Shown: in pieces, positions 29,969-39,840 of the stretch
Numbering within the stretch: position 1 is the first letter of the stretch
How the letters are laid out: every line of letters begins with the position of its first letter
Origin: Candidatus Jacksonbacteria bacterium RIFCSPLOWO2_02_FULL_44_20
GTDB taxonomy: Bacteria; Patescibacteriota; Patescibacteriia; UBA9629
Direction: 5' to 3'
Length of the DNA stretch: 63,475 bases
Assembly (NCBI GenBank): GCA_001818155.1
Contig: MHJU01000017.1
Location: 1-63,475, forward strand
The notes under the pieces: model-generated
The model's database searches: none
Told to the model about the DNA's origin: nothing
The model's input: the letters and a program-made list of their open reading frames with translations, nothing else
Position numbers and translations under genes: made by a program

Positions 29969-31540
29969 CTATTCCTTATTTATAACCACCCGCACCTCCA
30001 GAATTCTATCCACCCGAAACACGCGTGTGTCGCGGCGGGTATGGCAGTAGGCTTCAGTGCCGATGTAAGATTTTCCCATGTATTCCATTTCTCCCACAGT
30101 TTTGGGCGTGATAACGCGGCGGGATTTTTCATCCTGCGCTTTGAGGTAGGTTATTTCAAGGTCGCGATTTTCGGCGATGGCGCGTTCAATGAGCTTCACT
30201 TTGTCTTTAAGCGACAATGCTTTTTCAGATTTGGCGTACTGATATTTGGTCAAGAATTTCACCACGCGCCAATCCATCCAGATATGCCCTTTTTTTATCG
30301 GCTTTTTCAAAACCAACCCTTCAAAATTTGTGCACCGCGAAAGCGCCACATAAAGCTGTCCGTGCGCAAATGTGCCGCGTTCAATGTCAACAATCACTTT
30401 CTCAAATGTTTTCCCTTGACTTTTGTGAATGGTGACTGCCCATGCAAGCATCATCGGATATTGCGTGAACGATCCAACCGTATCCGATTCAATCTCCCTC
30501 GTCGCTTGATTGTATCTAAAATTATAGAGATCCCATGTATACGGACTCACCTTCTCAACATCTCCGTCTTGAAGCTGAACTTCTATGCATTCGTTCTCGC
30601 TTTCCGCATCGTATGAGACATTAACGATAACGCCAATCGTGCCGTTTATCCATCGCCCTGCTGAATCGTTGTTCACCATCATCACCTGACTGCCGACTTT
30701 GAGAGATAAGTTTTCCGATGTCGGAAGGTGACTCTTGTCAAACGCGCCTCGCGCTACGCCTTGAAATGTGTACAACTTCCCTTTTAGTTTCGCAAGTTCT
30801 CGCGCGTTTATTGCTTCAGCGCCCGCGTTTGTCGTTGTGAGATATATGTACTGCTCGTGTTTTTGCGGCTCAAATTCCGGGTCATGGCGCTTGTTTAGCG
30901 TGCCGATCTCCTCAACCCCTGCGGTATTATTGCGAATTGCATTCAGAAGCGAGATAAAACGATCGTCAGTTTGGCGGTAAATTTTTTCAAGCTCAATGAT
31001 TTCAGGCTTGAGTTCAGAAAACACGCGCGCGTCAAAAAAATACGGGCTTTTGTAATGCCCGGCAAAAATTTCGCGCTCGCGCGATGTTACCACAGGGGGA
31101 AGTTGATACAAGTCGCCAAACGAGATCAGCTGTACGCCTCCAAACGGCGCGCGCTTTTTGGTCCCGTGCAGGCGTAAAAATATATCAATGCAATCCATCA
31201 AATCCGCGCGCACCATGGACATTTCATCTATCACAAGAGCTTGTAATTTTTTGTACGTCTCGCGATCTTTTGCGTGTACTGCAACATCTTTAACGCTCGC
31301 AGGGGTAATATCCGGCTTGAAACGAAAAAACGAGTGAATGGTTTGCCCCTTCACATTCACCGCCGCGACTCCTGTTGGCGCAAGCACCACAAGCGACTTT
31401 TTCGCGCGCTCCCGAAACACCTGCAAAAGCGTTGACTTTCCTGTTCCCGCTTTGCCAGTAACAAACACGTGCCTGTCGCCTTGCTCCATAAGCGCGAGAG
31501 CCTGCTTAAAATGCGGGTTGAGGTCTATTTTAAAACGCAT
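29969..31540 (-). CDS. PIF1-like SF1B helicase with C-terminal WYL domain
   Basis: GKAGTGKS, 'APTGVAA', 'IDEMSM', 'GDLYQLPPV', 'AWAVTIHKSQG', 'YVALSR'; C-terminal 'ITY...SRRVITP...AYCHTRRDTRVFRVDRI'. Confidence 0.9.
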   Translation of the reverse strand: MRFKIDLNPHFKQALALMEQGDRHVFVTGKAGTGKSTLLQVFRERAKKSLVVLAPTGVAAVNVKGQTIHSFFRFKPDITPASVKDVAVHAKDRETYKKLQALVIDEMSMVRADLMDCIDIFLRLHGTKKRAPFGGVQLISFGDLYQLPPVVTSREREIFAGHYKSPYFFDARVFSELKPEIIELEKIYRQTDDRFISLLNAIRNNTAGVEEIGTLNKRHDPEFEPQKHEQYIYLTTTNAGAEAINARELAKLKGKLYTFQGVARGAFDKSHLPTSENLSLKVGSQVMMVNNDSAGRWINGTIGVIVNVSYDAESENECIEVQLQDGDVEKVSPYTWDLYNFRYNQATREIESDTVGSFTQYPMMLAWAVTIHKSQGKTFEKVIVDIERGTFAHGQLYVALSRCTNFEGLVLKKPIKKGHIWMDWRVVKFLTKYQYAKSEKALSLKDKVKLIERAIAENRDLEITYLKAQDEKSRRVITPKTVGEMEYMGKSYIGTEAYCHTRRDTRVFRVDRILEVRVVINKE

Positions 31541-31585
31541 AGTAAAAATATAAATACCCGAAATCAAAAATAAGTGGAATACTGT

Positions 31586-31829
31586 TTACATCACCGCCTC
31601 AAAAACATCCGATGGCTTTTCAAGCGCCTTAAACTCCCACACGCCAAAGTTGCTATTCAAATTCACCGCTCTAACCAACTCTTTTGCGGATGTCCATTTT
31701 GCGCTATCCTGATCTGTTTTCCTGCCCTTAACTTCTAAAATTAAATAACGATTATCCGCAAACTTAATTATGAAATCCGGAAAGATAGTAAATTTCAAAT
31801 TCAAGGTGGTCGTTTTTTGCCCATGATAC
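31586..31829 (-). pseudogene. C-terminal remnant of a type III-like restriction endonuclease (Res)
   Basis: 'VSWAKNDHLEFEIYY' in one frame then 'FPDFII...LILEVKG...K..WEF' in another: frameshifted PD-(D/E)xK end. Confidence 0.75.
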
Positions 31830-34800
31830 TAAATAACCGGCTCTATTCCCATATCCTCCAATTTCACCCAAAGCGTCTTTAACCCTTGCTCTTTGTTTTT
31901 ATAAAAAGCACTGCCAGTAATTCGCCAAAACTCCCACCCCGCTCTTCTTAAAACATTTTCCCTCCTTAAGTCAGCCTCCCAATCCGTATGATATTGATCA
32001 CCATCGCACTCTACTGCCAACCGAGTGCTTTCTCCCTGTATAACCAAATCAATACTGTAACCTGCAATCTCAAACTCTGGAATAACTTTATACCCTTTAT
32101 TTAAGATGATATTCCCTACATCAAACGGAAATTCAAACGGTCCGTGTTTTCTTTGTTCAAGAGCTTGTTTTAATGCCTCACGACCCCATTTTATTTCCTC
32201 TTGTTGAGGATTGTAAAACCAATCAAGTATTTTTGCTCGTAAATCATCGGGGTTGGTTAATTCTTTTCGTACAAGAGAATGGAAGAGAATCATTTTGTCT
32301 CTAGCGCGCGACATAGCGACATTTACTCTTTGTTTATATTCTTTTTTATTGATAGTCAATGGCGAAATGCTGTTCTCTGGATTATTTTGATCAGGTGCCT
32401 TAACCATAGAAATGAACATTATATCTCTCTCATCTCCTTGGAACGCATAAGGATTTCCCGCAATAATCTTCCTTTTTTCTATTTCCTCTTCGCTAATTTT
32501 TTGTCTAATTAAATCAGTTATGAATCTACCCTGATCATTTCCTAAAAGCGTTACAACTCCAAAAGTTGTAGGGCGAGTGCCGTCTTTTCCATCAGGTCTC
32601 CCATCATATTGTGAATCATTTATCATCTCAACTAGTTTACTTACAAGCTCTTCTGCTTCTGGTTCATTCACTTCATTATTGATATTCATAAACCCGCTCT
32701 CAACATATATCGCCTCTAACGCAGGAGTTAATTTCCATTTCGATTGAGGATATCTTAACACTTTTAACTGGCCGTCATAGCACAGTTTATTGCTAAAACC
32801 GATAATTTGCTCTACAGATCTAAAATGCTCCAATAACCTTACTCCTTCAGACATCGTTACTTCTGCTACATCAAAGAGGCTTGAGGTTACAGAAAACTGT
32901 TCGCTGTGGGGTATATTTGAGAGATGTTTGGTGATAAGTCCTATAACATCCTCTTGATTGATAAAAGATGTTGGACTTATTTGTTCAGGATCGCCTACAA
33001 CTAAAACTTTTTTCCCTAGATATGCAATATTAACCCCTCGAACATCTACCTGACTCGCCTCATCAAAAATTACAACATCAAACATACCAGCTTTTGGTTC
33101 TGAAAACATATGCAGAACTTTTTCAAGCGGCATAATCCAGATTGGCACCGCATTTTTTGCTTCTTGTTCTTGTAATGCTTCTCGCGCTTTTTTCTCCCAG
33201 TAAGGCCAATATTTACCAGTTCTTTTTCCTATTTTTTTATCGCATTTTGCGTATGCCGCTAAAGCTTTGCGTTGGGATGGCGTAACCTTCTCTTTCTGTT
33301 TTTTCCACGCTGTTGTTGCGATCAGTTCTGCTTCCTGATTTTTTTCTTGATTTTCTGTACGATCCAGTTCTTTTTGAAGTTCTGTTACGCTTTTATCTGA
33401 ATGGATCTCTTCAAGCCAAGACGATATTCGCGCAAGCCCCCAAGCTGTTGCAAGGTTTCCTTGTATTTTATATTTTCCATACTCATCTATTATACTTTCT
33501 TGTATTTCATTGAACAATTTTGGAGCCAAGCGAGATATTTTTTCTTTTAGCTCGCGCAGTTTTTCGGAGTCCCTCTTCTTTTGGTGGAGTTCTGAAAGTT
33601 GTTCATAAAGTTCGCTTAGTTTTTTTTCATTGCGATTATCTATAGCTAAAGATATATCCGCGGCTATCTGATGTTTATTTTTCGCTTTTAGTTCATCCTT
33701 CCAGTTGGTAAAAATATGTTTATACTTGTCTAAATCAAAACTTGCCAATAATGATGTCAAAATAGCAATAAATTTTTCAACCGATTCTTTGTCGGTATAG
33801 GTAAAATTAGAAAAAATTTGATTTTGCTCTATAAATTCTCTTATATCACTGAAGATTTCTTCATAACGCAATATCCTTTCCATATTTTTCAAACGGTCAT
33901 CAAACTTATAAAGCACAAAAGGTTCTTCCAGTTCCTCAAAATCAGAAATATCAGATTGCTTAAATGCCTGATCCCATAAAATTTTGACCTCTATAACTAA
34001 CTGCTCAAGTGTGAGTTTTTTCTTGAGAAGTAAAATAGCTTCTTTTTTTCCAATATCTGAGGAATGAAAAGTAAAATTTTGTAAAATATCTTTTGCGTTT
34101 TTTGACAAGCCAATTTTTTGCAGGAAACCTAAAGACGATCGGTTCCCTGTCTTCTTTTCAATCTCATTAACCGCTTCTAATAAACTTTTAACTGGAAGAT
34201 TAGTATTGTACAAAATATTATGACCTAATAAATTAGCTTGCAGTTGGCGCATTTGAGCGCCTTTTTCTTTTAACCTTTCAAAAATTCCATTCTGCCATTT
34301 TTCTTTTTCCTCGCTATTGTTCAAAATCAACGCAAATAATCTGTCTTCCCATTTTTTATCCATTGCATTTAAAGCGGCATGCGCCGATCCCGCTCTTTGC
34401 AGTATCTGTCTGATCCTTTCTTCTTCAAAAATAGGTGCGCTGTTGAATTTCTTTTGCGCAAGATATTTTTCATAGCGTTTATTGAGAACAAGAGCTTCTT
34501 CATAGTGCTCAAAAAATTTCTTTACATCTTCTATTTTAGGGAGCCGTCCAATTTCCGGCATCCATTGTTCAAAATAACCGCGTTCTTCTTTGGTAAGTCG
34601 CGCAAGCAGATTCACTGTGTTTGTAATATCTTCTTCAGTAAAATCTAATTTTGCATCTTTTGTAATTTTGTCTTTTAACCACATTTTACCGCTTGCGCTT
34701 CCATCCGCCAATTCTTTAGCTCCTTGTGTTGGGGTAAGACACCTGTCTTCAATGAGAAATTTTTCTTCAATATCAAGGAGAACCCACTTTTTTATTCTTG

Positions 34801-36373
34801 ATAACAAGGCCGCCTTTTCTTTGCGTATTTCCTTCAACTGCGCTCTTATTTCTTCAATTTTTTTATCCGTAAATTTCGTAGTATCGTCCAAATTAGCGTT
34901 AATAGTTTTGACTGACATCTGTAGATCATCATGCCGTGAATTACTCTCAACCTGCGATACGATTAAATCTTTAATTTTCTCGGGGATTTTATCTTTTAGC
35001 ACTTCCAGTGCTTTCCCTGTTTGAGATGTTACCAATACGGATTTGCCTTGAGCTAAAAAACGCGAAAGAAGGTTTGCAATGGTATGGCTTTTACCAGTTC
35101 CGGGAGGGCCTTGTACTACAACGCCGTATCTTGCCTCAATTTTATTTACAATTTTTTTTTGGTCATCGTTCCATGTCAATGGAAAATATAGCTCCCCATC
35201 CGCAATAGAAACACTCTCTTCTCCCGCATGGTTTTCTGCGAGCGCAATTTCACCGCCGGCAAGTTCTGTGATAAAAGGGGGCAACTCATTAGCTTTCTCA
35301 ATATCTTGCTGAATTTTCTTTGCGTATTTTGCCCAATCAATATTGGATTTTTTACGCAATAGAATTGTGGGAAAGTGCCAATAGGTAGGCACTTCGCTCA
35401 TTTCAGGTTCAGGAATTTCTTCGGAAAAATTTTCTATTCCATTTGGTGAAAGGTATCCGACAATTTCACTACCTTTTAATTTAAGCGCCTGCTCACTCCA
35501 AACATCGTACCCATCAGAATTTAAAATTTTTGATTGTTCATGAATATCAAGGATATTTGGTATATCCAAACCATCTAAAAAAGAGGTTTCAAAGGCCGTT
35601 TTTAGCGAGTTATCTTTTCTGACCTCAATTTTTTTCTCTTCAGGAAAAAATTCTAAAGTAATAGGGGTAACAAAAAATGGGTGAAAAATCTTTTCGTTTT
35701 CTGTCTTCCATGTAAGTAAGTCATGAGTCCATAACAAATCAAAATTTTCCTGTTCTGTTTTTAGAAATGTTCTTAATCCGTATAAATCATCATAAACTTG
35801 ATTTGCCCTAAAAGTTGGCTCATTTTTTTGTCTCCATTCTTCCCATGATCCAGCTATGTAATTGTCGTACAACTCTTTAAGTTCTGGGAAATCTGTAAAG
35901 AAAAATTCTATATCCCTTTCATGTATTTTGCTCCAGTTTCCTTTTTCATCCTTTGTAATCCAACTATGTAGCATCTTTGGAATATCTTGCTTTTCCGCTT
36001 TTTGAAAATTTTCAAACGCCTTAACCCTCATGTTATCATCCGAAAATTGAATTTTTCTGAATATGGATTCTTTATATTTTGGTTGAGAAAATTCATGACT
36101 ATCAAGCACAACCCATTCCATTAGTTCTAGGGGAAGATTAGGCAAAGGTTCTAATTCATGCTTTTTTACAGAGAGAAAGAGATAATCATCTTGGTTTGAT
36201 TCATGAAAATTTTTAACGAAAAGATTGTCGCTTTGCGGGAAACTCCTAATTTGGCGCATCCATTCCTGTTCTGCCAAATTTCGAAAATCCCTTCTAGTAT
36301 CAATGTTAAGAGAGAATAACTCTTCAAGGTATTTGAAGATATTTATTGCGTTAGTTTTGATTTTTTCAAGCAT
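31829..36373 (-). CDS. Large SF1 (Upf1/DNA2-like) helicase with C-terminal DUF559/MTES_1575-like nuclease
   Basis: 'VQGPPGTGKSHT', 'FDEASQ', 'VVGDPEQ', 'EHFRS', 'FQGDERD', 'NVAMSRAR', 'IDLV..AVECDGDQYH..D..RE..L...GWEFWRI'. Confidence 0.9.
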   Translation of the reverse strand: MLEKIKTNAINIFKYLEELFSLNIDTRRDFRNLAEQEWMRQIRSFPQSDNLFVKNFHESNQDDYLFLSVKKHELEPLPNLPLELMEWVVLDSHEFSQPKYKESIFRKIQFSDDNMRVKAFENFQKAEKQDIPKMLHSWITKDEKGNWSKIHERDIEFFFTDFPELKELYDNYIAGSWEEWRQKNEPTFRANQVYDDLYGLRTFLKTEQENFDLLWTHDLLTWKTENEKIFHPFFVTPITLEFFPEEKKIEVRKDNSLKTAFETSFLDGLDIPNILDIHEQSKILNSDGYDVWSEQALKLKGSEIVGYLSPNGIENFSEEIPEPEMSEVPTYWHFPTILLRKKSNIDWAKYAKKIQQDIEKANELPPFITELAGGEIALAENHAGEESVSIADGELYFPLTWNDDQKKIVNKIEARYGVVVQGPPGTGKSHTIANLLSRFLAQGKSVLVTSQTGKALEVLKDKIPEKIKDLIVSQVESNSRHDDLQMSVKTINANLDDTTKFTDKKIEEIRAQLKEIRKEKAALLSRIKKWVLLDIEEKFLIEDRCLTPTQGAKELADGSASGKMWLKDKITKDAKLDFTEEDITNTVNLLARLTKEERGYFEQWMPEIGRLPKIEDVKKFFEHYEEALVLNKRYEKYLAQKKFNSAPIFEEERIRQILQRAGSAHAALNAMDKKWEDRLFALILNNSEEKEKWQNGIFERLKEKGAQMRQLQANLLGHNILYNTNLPVKSLLEAVNEIEKKTGNRSSLGFLQKIGLSKNAKDILQNFTFHSSDIGKKEAILLLKKKLTLEQLVIEVKILWDQAFKQSDISDFEELEEPFVLYKFDDRLKNMERILRYEEIFSDIREFIEQNQIFSNFTYTDKESVEKFIAILTSLLASFDLDKYKHIFTNWKDELKAKNKHQIAADISLAIDNRNEKKLSELYEQLSELHQKKRDSEKLRELKEKISRLAPKLFNEIQESIIDEYGKYKIQGNLATAWGLARISSWLEEIHSDKSVTELQKELDRTENQEKNQEAELIATTAWKKQKEKVTPSQRKALAAYAKCDKKIGKRTGKYWPYWEKKAREALQEQEAKNAVPIWIMPLEKVLHMFSEPKAGMFDVVIFDEASQVDVRGVNIAYLGKKVLVVGDPEQISPTSFINQEDVIGLITKHLSNIPHSEQFSVTSSLFDVAEVTMSEGVRLLEHFRSVEQIIGFSNKLCYDGQLKVLRYPQSKWKLTPALEAIYVESGFMNINNEVNEPEAEELVSKLVEMINDSQYDGRPDGKDGTRPTTFGVVTLLGNDQGRFITDLIRQKISEEEIEKRKIIAGNPYAFQGDERDIMFISMVKAPDQNNPENSISPLTINKKEYKQRVNVAMSRARDKMILFHSLVRKELTNPDDLRAKILDWFYNPQQEEIKWGREALKQALEQRKHGPFEFPFDVGNIILNKGYKVIPEFEIAGYSIDLVIQGESTRLAVECDGDQYHTDWEADLRRENVLRRAGWEFWRITGSAFYKNKEQGLKTLWVKLEDMGIEPVI

Positions 36374-36388
36374 ATGATCAATTTTAGT

Positions 36389-36469
36389 TTACGCTTTGCC
36401 CCGCTTCCTGCCCGCGTGCGAATACGCCTCAATGGATATTCTTTTATTTTTTGATGTTCTTCGTTGCAT
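36389..36469 (-). pseudogene. Possible N-terminal remnant of a type III Mod methyltransferase gene
   Basis: 26-aa ORF MQRRTSKNKRISIEAYSHAGRKRGKA resembles, from memory, Mod N-termini; lies upstream of the Res remnant. Confidence 0.35.
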
Positions 36470-36473
36470 AAAA

Positions 36474-36761
36474 TTAGGCAAGCGGAAATCCGCCTGAAAT
36501 TTTATCAAGCATTTTTATAGTAAGGTCTACTGAAGGATTTTTTGTATTCCGAAAAAAAACTCGTTTTCCAAACTCTTTTACGATCGGCGTTAGAAACTCG
36601 TCGCCCCATGAAGGGGTAAAGGTGGTAACGCCTGTAAAATCTATTTCTACAGATTCTTGAGGCGCTAAAGCTCGAAGAGTTGGCAGATACGCCAAGTACG
36701 CTTCCCTGCCGTCCTGGCGCGATACAAGCAACGTGCCAAATTTTTTTATTTCTATGCGCAT
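36474..36761 (-). CDS. STAS-like domain protein (DUF4325)
   Basis: 'FGTLLVSRQDGREA', 'IDFTGV..FTPSWGDEF'. Confidence 0.8.
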   Translation of the reverse strand: MRIEIKKFGTLLVSRQDGREAYLAYLPTLRALAPQESVEIDFTGVTTFTPSWGDEFLTPIVKEFGKRVFFRNTKNPSVDLTIKMLDKISGGFPLA

Positions 36762-36765
36762 ATGT

Positions 36766-37173
36766 TTAAAATGAAATCATCGCAATACATCCGCGCAAGT
36801 ATGTGCGCGCGCTTGAGATACGCATAACCGGATCATTTTTTTCTAGCTTAAGAACCGCGCCGCCTGTTTGAAAAAAAAGTTTCAACGGATACTGAACCAC
36901 TGTCTCTCGCACAAATTTTAATCCGTTTCCCCGCGCTTCCGGCGCGCGGCCGGAAATAACTTCTGTAAACGCTATACGGAGCGCTTCTTTATCATCGCGT
37001 ATACCATTCATAACATTTCGCAATGTTTGCAAAATTCCACGGCCGCGATCCGCAAGCGCAATAATTCTTTGATCCAAGCGATAGCCAAAAAAAATACCAA
37101 GAATATCAGGCCAATTTCCAAGATTGTGATCAAAAGAGTTATTGCCTATTTCTCCTGCAACGGCAATGATCAA
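36766..37173 (-). CDS. HATPase-like (anti-sigma kinase-like) ATP-binding protein, probably 5'-truncated
   Basis: 'EIGNNSFDH', 'ADRGRG', 'RGNGL'; TTG start immediately at the N-box; paired with a STAS protein. Confidence 0.65.
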   Translation of the reverse strand: MIIAVAGEIGNNSFDHNLGNWPDILGIFFGYRLDQRIIALADRGRGILQTLRNVMNGIRDDKEALRIAFTEVISGRAPEARGNGLKFVRETVVQYPLKLFFQTGGAVLKLEKNDPVMRISSARTYLRGCIAMISF

Positions 37174-37219
37174 GGGAAAATAATCCTGCGCGCCCTGTAA
37201 AACTATGCAAATACTATAT

Positions 37220-38128
37220 TTACCCCTTCGCCAACTTCAAAAACACCTCTTCCAAATCCGGTTTGTTAATGTCTAAATCATAAATGCCGAAATTTTCGCG
37301 GGAGATTGCCTGCATGGTTTCTCCCAAGTCGTCCGCGCTGGTTTTGATGTGCAAGTGCCCTGCGCTTTCAATTTCAAACTGCCATCCGCGCGTGTTTATA
37401 AATTCAACAAACGCGCTCTCTTTCCCGCTCGCAAAGGCTACTTCTACATAATAATCCCGCGCCGCGCGTTTCAATTCTTCCGGAGCGCCTTCTGCCACAA
37501 TCTTCCCTTTTTGCAAAAAAATCACGCGATCGCACATCTCCTCAACCTCCGACATATTGTGAGACGTGTATAAAAAAGAAACCCCGCGCTCACGGTGAAT
37601 ACGCCGCAAAATATCGCGTACCTTAAAAGCGATGTCCGGGTCCAAGCTTGCGGTCGGTTCGTCCAGAAGCAAAAATTCCGGATCGTTCAGAAATGTTTTT
37701 GCAAGAATCACGCGCGTTTTCTGGCCGCTTGAAAGTTTGTAAAACAAGGTATGCAAAAGATCAGAAATTTCAAGTTCATCCGCAACAGCGGCGATTTTTT
37801 TCCCGAGTCTACGGACGTTATACAATTTCCCGAAGAAATATAAGTTCTCGCGCACTGTGAGACGAGACATAAATTGAATATATGTTGAGGAATAATTGAT
37901 GCGCGAAAGAATTTCCCCGCGGTTCTTTACAAGGTCTTTCCCAAACACACTGATCTCCCCTTCTGTCGGAGAAATCAATCCTAAAATCATCTCAATCGTG
38001 GTTGATTTTCCCGCGCCGTTTGGGCCCAAAAGCCCGAGTATCTCGCCTTTTTTAATATCAAAACTGATGTCGGAAACAGCTGTTTTATCCTTAAATCGTT
38101 TGGTAAGGTTGCGAACAGTGAGAATCAT
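37220..38128 (-). CDS. ABC transporter ATP-binding protein (ABC-2 type)
   Basis: GPNGAGKST, LSSGQ, 'LLLDEPT', 'SHNM', C-terminal 'PDLEEVFL'. Confidence 0.92.
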   Translation of the reverse strand: MILTVRNLTKRFKDKTAVSDISFDIKKGEILGLLGPNGAGKSTTIEMILGLISPTEGEISVFGKDLVKNRGEILSRINYSSTYIQFMSRLTVRENLYFFGKLYNVRRLGKKIAAVADELEISDLLHTLFYKLSSGQKTRVILAKTFLNDPEFLLLDEPTASLDPDIAFKVRDILRRIHRERGVSFLYTSHNMSEVEEMCDRVIFLQKGKIVAEGAPEELKRAARDYYVEVAFASGKESAFVEFINTRGWQFEIESAGHLHIKTSADDLGETMQAISRENFGIYDLDINKPDLEEVFLKLAKG

Positions 38129-38164
38129 AAAAGAATATGCCACTTCAATATATCATAACTCCAA

Positions 38165-39607
38165 TTACTCCACTATTCCGCCTGTCTCATAGTGAGAAAG
38201 TTCCGCCTCGCCGACCGCAACAACAACTGCGTCGCCGCGCGCGCGGATGCGAGTCCATGTTTCGCCGGAGCGCAGATGATATTTCTTGCCGCGCGAGATT
38301 AAAAATATCTTCTTGCCCGCCTCAATAGTAAGGTACACCTCATCAGGATACCCAATCTCTAACCCTTCCGGATACGAGTCCAAGTTCTCGCGGCTTGCAA
38401 ACTCAATTCTGCGTGGCGAGGGAAATCGCAGACCCAAAATGGTTTCGTTTGGAATCCACCGTTTTCGCCCATGCTCAATCATATACACGGTCGGGTCGTT
38501 TTCCTGCTTTACAAGCGTGCCGTCTGTAAAAGGCGCGACCAATTTTTGACCGAGCACTGCCGTGGCTGATGGCTCTTCCGGAAGCGGCTCTGGTTCTTTT
38601 TTGTCCTCGTTATCCTCTGTGTCTCGTTCCTCGCTTGTATCTTCCGGAATCGCGGGGCTGTTAGTGAAAGTTGGCGGAATAATCATTCCTGCCGGTGGCG
38701 GAGGCGGGGGTGGCGGCGCAGGCGGAGTGTAAACAATTTTTCGCACAGGATACGAGGCGCCGGCAAGCGCGATTGCCGTATAGGAGGTTGTATTAACCTT
38801 AAAGGCATTTTCAACGTTCTTCTCAGATTCAAACCAACCATCGGGTGTTTGAAGCGACTGCAAAAAGGCAATCGGAGTGTTGCCTACCTTAGACCACGCG
38901 GCGCTTTCGGGGTCTTCGCCAAGTTTATACAGCATACTAACTACCCATGCGGTGGTATCCGCGTTAGAATTCGTTCCATATGGACTTAGAGGATCAAACG
39001 GAAATCCTCCGTCAGCGTTTTGGGAAAGTTTAATATAGGAAACTGCGTTTTGAATTGCTGTGTCTCCCAATGAAACCCCGGCTTCTAGCATCGCCATCAC
39101 GGCCATTGCGGTGTCGTCAACGTCAGATGATCCGATCATAAACCCGAATCCGCCGTCGCTATTTTGATTGTTAAGAATAAATGTTTTGCTTTGTAGAATA
39201 GCCGAATCGTCTGCTGAAACGCCTGCGGCGATGAGCGCAAGGATGCCGAAAATATCGTCATTTAATGTTTGAGGATCCCCGAGTTGATTGTTTGCTGAAA
39301 ACGAAAGTAATTTTGCGACAAGGTCTTCTTTTGCAAATGAACGCGGGTCCCGCCCGAGCGCCGCAATCCCCAAAATTGGCCCGGCGCATGCGATTGCGAA
39401 ATCGCACTTTGCCTCTTTGAGATGATCCTCGGCGATGTCTTCTTCACCAAGAACGTAAAGCGCCTGCGTACTCCAATAATTTTGCGGGGCATTTCTAAGA
39501 TAAAGGCTGGCGAGTTGATTTTTTGACGGCGCCGCGCGAAGCGGTGTTACAAGTCCGGTTGCGATTGCGATAATCGCGAAAAAGGCGAGATGTGATTGTC
39601 GTCTCAT
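38165..39607 (-). CDS. Secreted prenyltransferase/squalene-oxidase-repeat protein with Pro-rich linker and C-terminal surface repeats
   Basis: Signal peptide; repeats 'QNSDGGFG', 'QNADGGFP', 'LQTPDGWF', 'SDVDDTA', 'SNADTTA'; poly-Pro linker. Confidence 0.8.
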   Translation of the reverse strand: MRRQSHLAFFAIIAIATGLVTPLRAAPSKNQLASLYLRNAPQNYWSTQALYVLGEEDIAEDHLKEAKCDFAIACAGPILGIAALGRDPRSFAKEDLVAKLLSFSANNQLGDPQTLNDDIFGILALIAAGVSADDSAILQSKTFILNNQNSDGGFGFMIGSSDVDDTAMAVMAMLEAGVSLGDTAIQNAVSYIKLSQNADGGFPFDPLSPYGTNSNADTTAWVVSMLYKLGEDPESAAWSKVGNTPIAFLQSLQTPDGWFESEKNVENAFKVNTTSYTAIALAGASYPVRKIVYTPPAPPPPPPPPAGMIIPPTFTNSPAIPEDTSEERDTEDNEDKKEPEPLPEEPSATAVLGQKLVAPFTDGTLVKQENDPTVYMIEHGRKRWIPNETILGLRFPSPRRIEFASRENLDSYPEGLEIGYPDEVYLTIEAGKKIFLISRGKKYHLRSGETWTRIRARGDAVVVAVGEAELSHYETGGIVE

Positions 39608-39610
39608 AAA

Positions 39611-39640
39611 AATAAAAACTCTCTTGCGAACAAAGAGAGA
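39611..39640 (-). terminator. Intrinsic terminator (riboswitch expression platform)
   Basis: Minus strand CTCTCTT-TGTTCGC-AAGAGAG then TTTTTATTT, immediately before ATG 39607. Confidence 0.7.
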
Positions 39641-39729
39641 TTTGCGATTTCTAATCGCCGATTATTAAAAATTAAAAATTGGAAATTAAAAATTTCTTAA
39701 ATGTCTCTCTGCTCGAAGAGAAGTATTAC

Positions 39730-39825
39730 AAGCGAGTCCATAGACCTGGCTTATTCCAAAACTAGTCGGAAATCACAGTTGCGGCACAGCCGCGGATTTA
39801 AACCGCGTTCCTTGGACTGCTCTAT
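39730..39825 (-). ncRNA. Cobalamin riboswitch-like aptamer
   Basis: Minus strand AAGGAA-CGCGGTTTAAATCCGCG-GCTGTGCCGCAACTGTGA...AAGCCAGG, closed by GAGCAGTCCA/TGGACTCGCTT; matches cobalamin riboswitch core blocks. Confidence 0.75.
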
Positions 39826-39840
39826 TTGTCAATTGAAAAC

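Larger units (their letters stand above)
29029..37219 (-). mobile_element. Accessory/defence-like island separating ABC ATPase and permease genes
   Basis: Nuclease/helicase genes and gene remnants lie between the two halves of an ABC-2 system; partly AT-rich; no integrase or att repeats seen. Confidence 0.5.
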
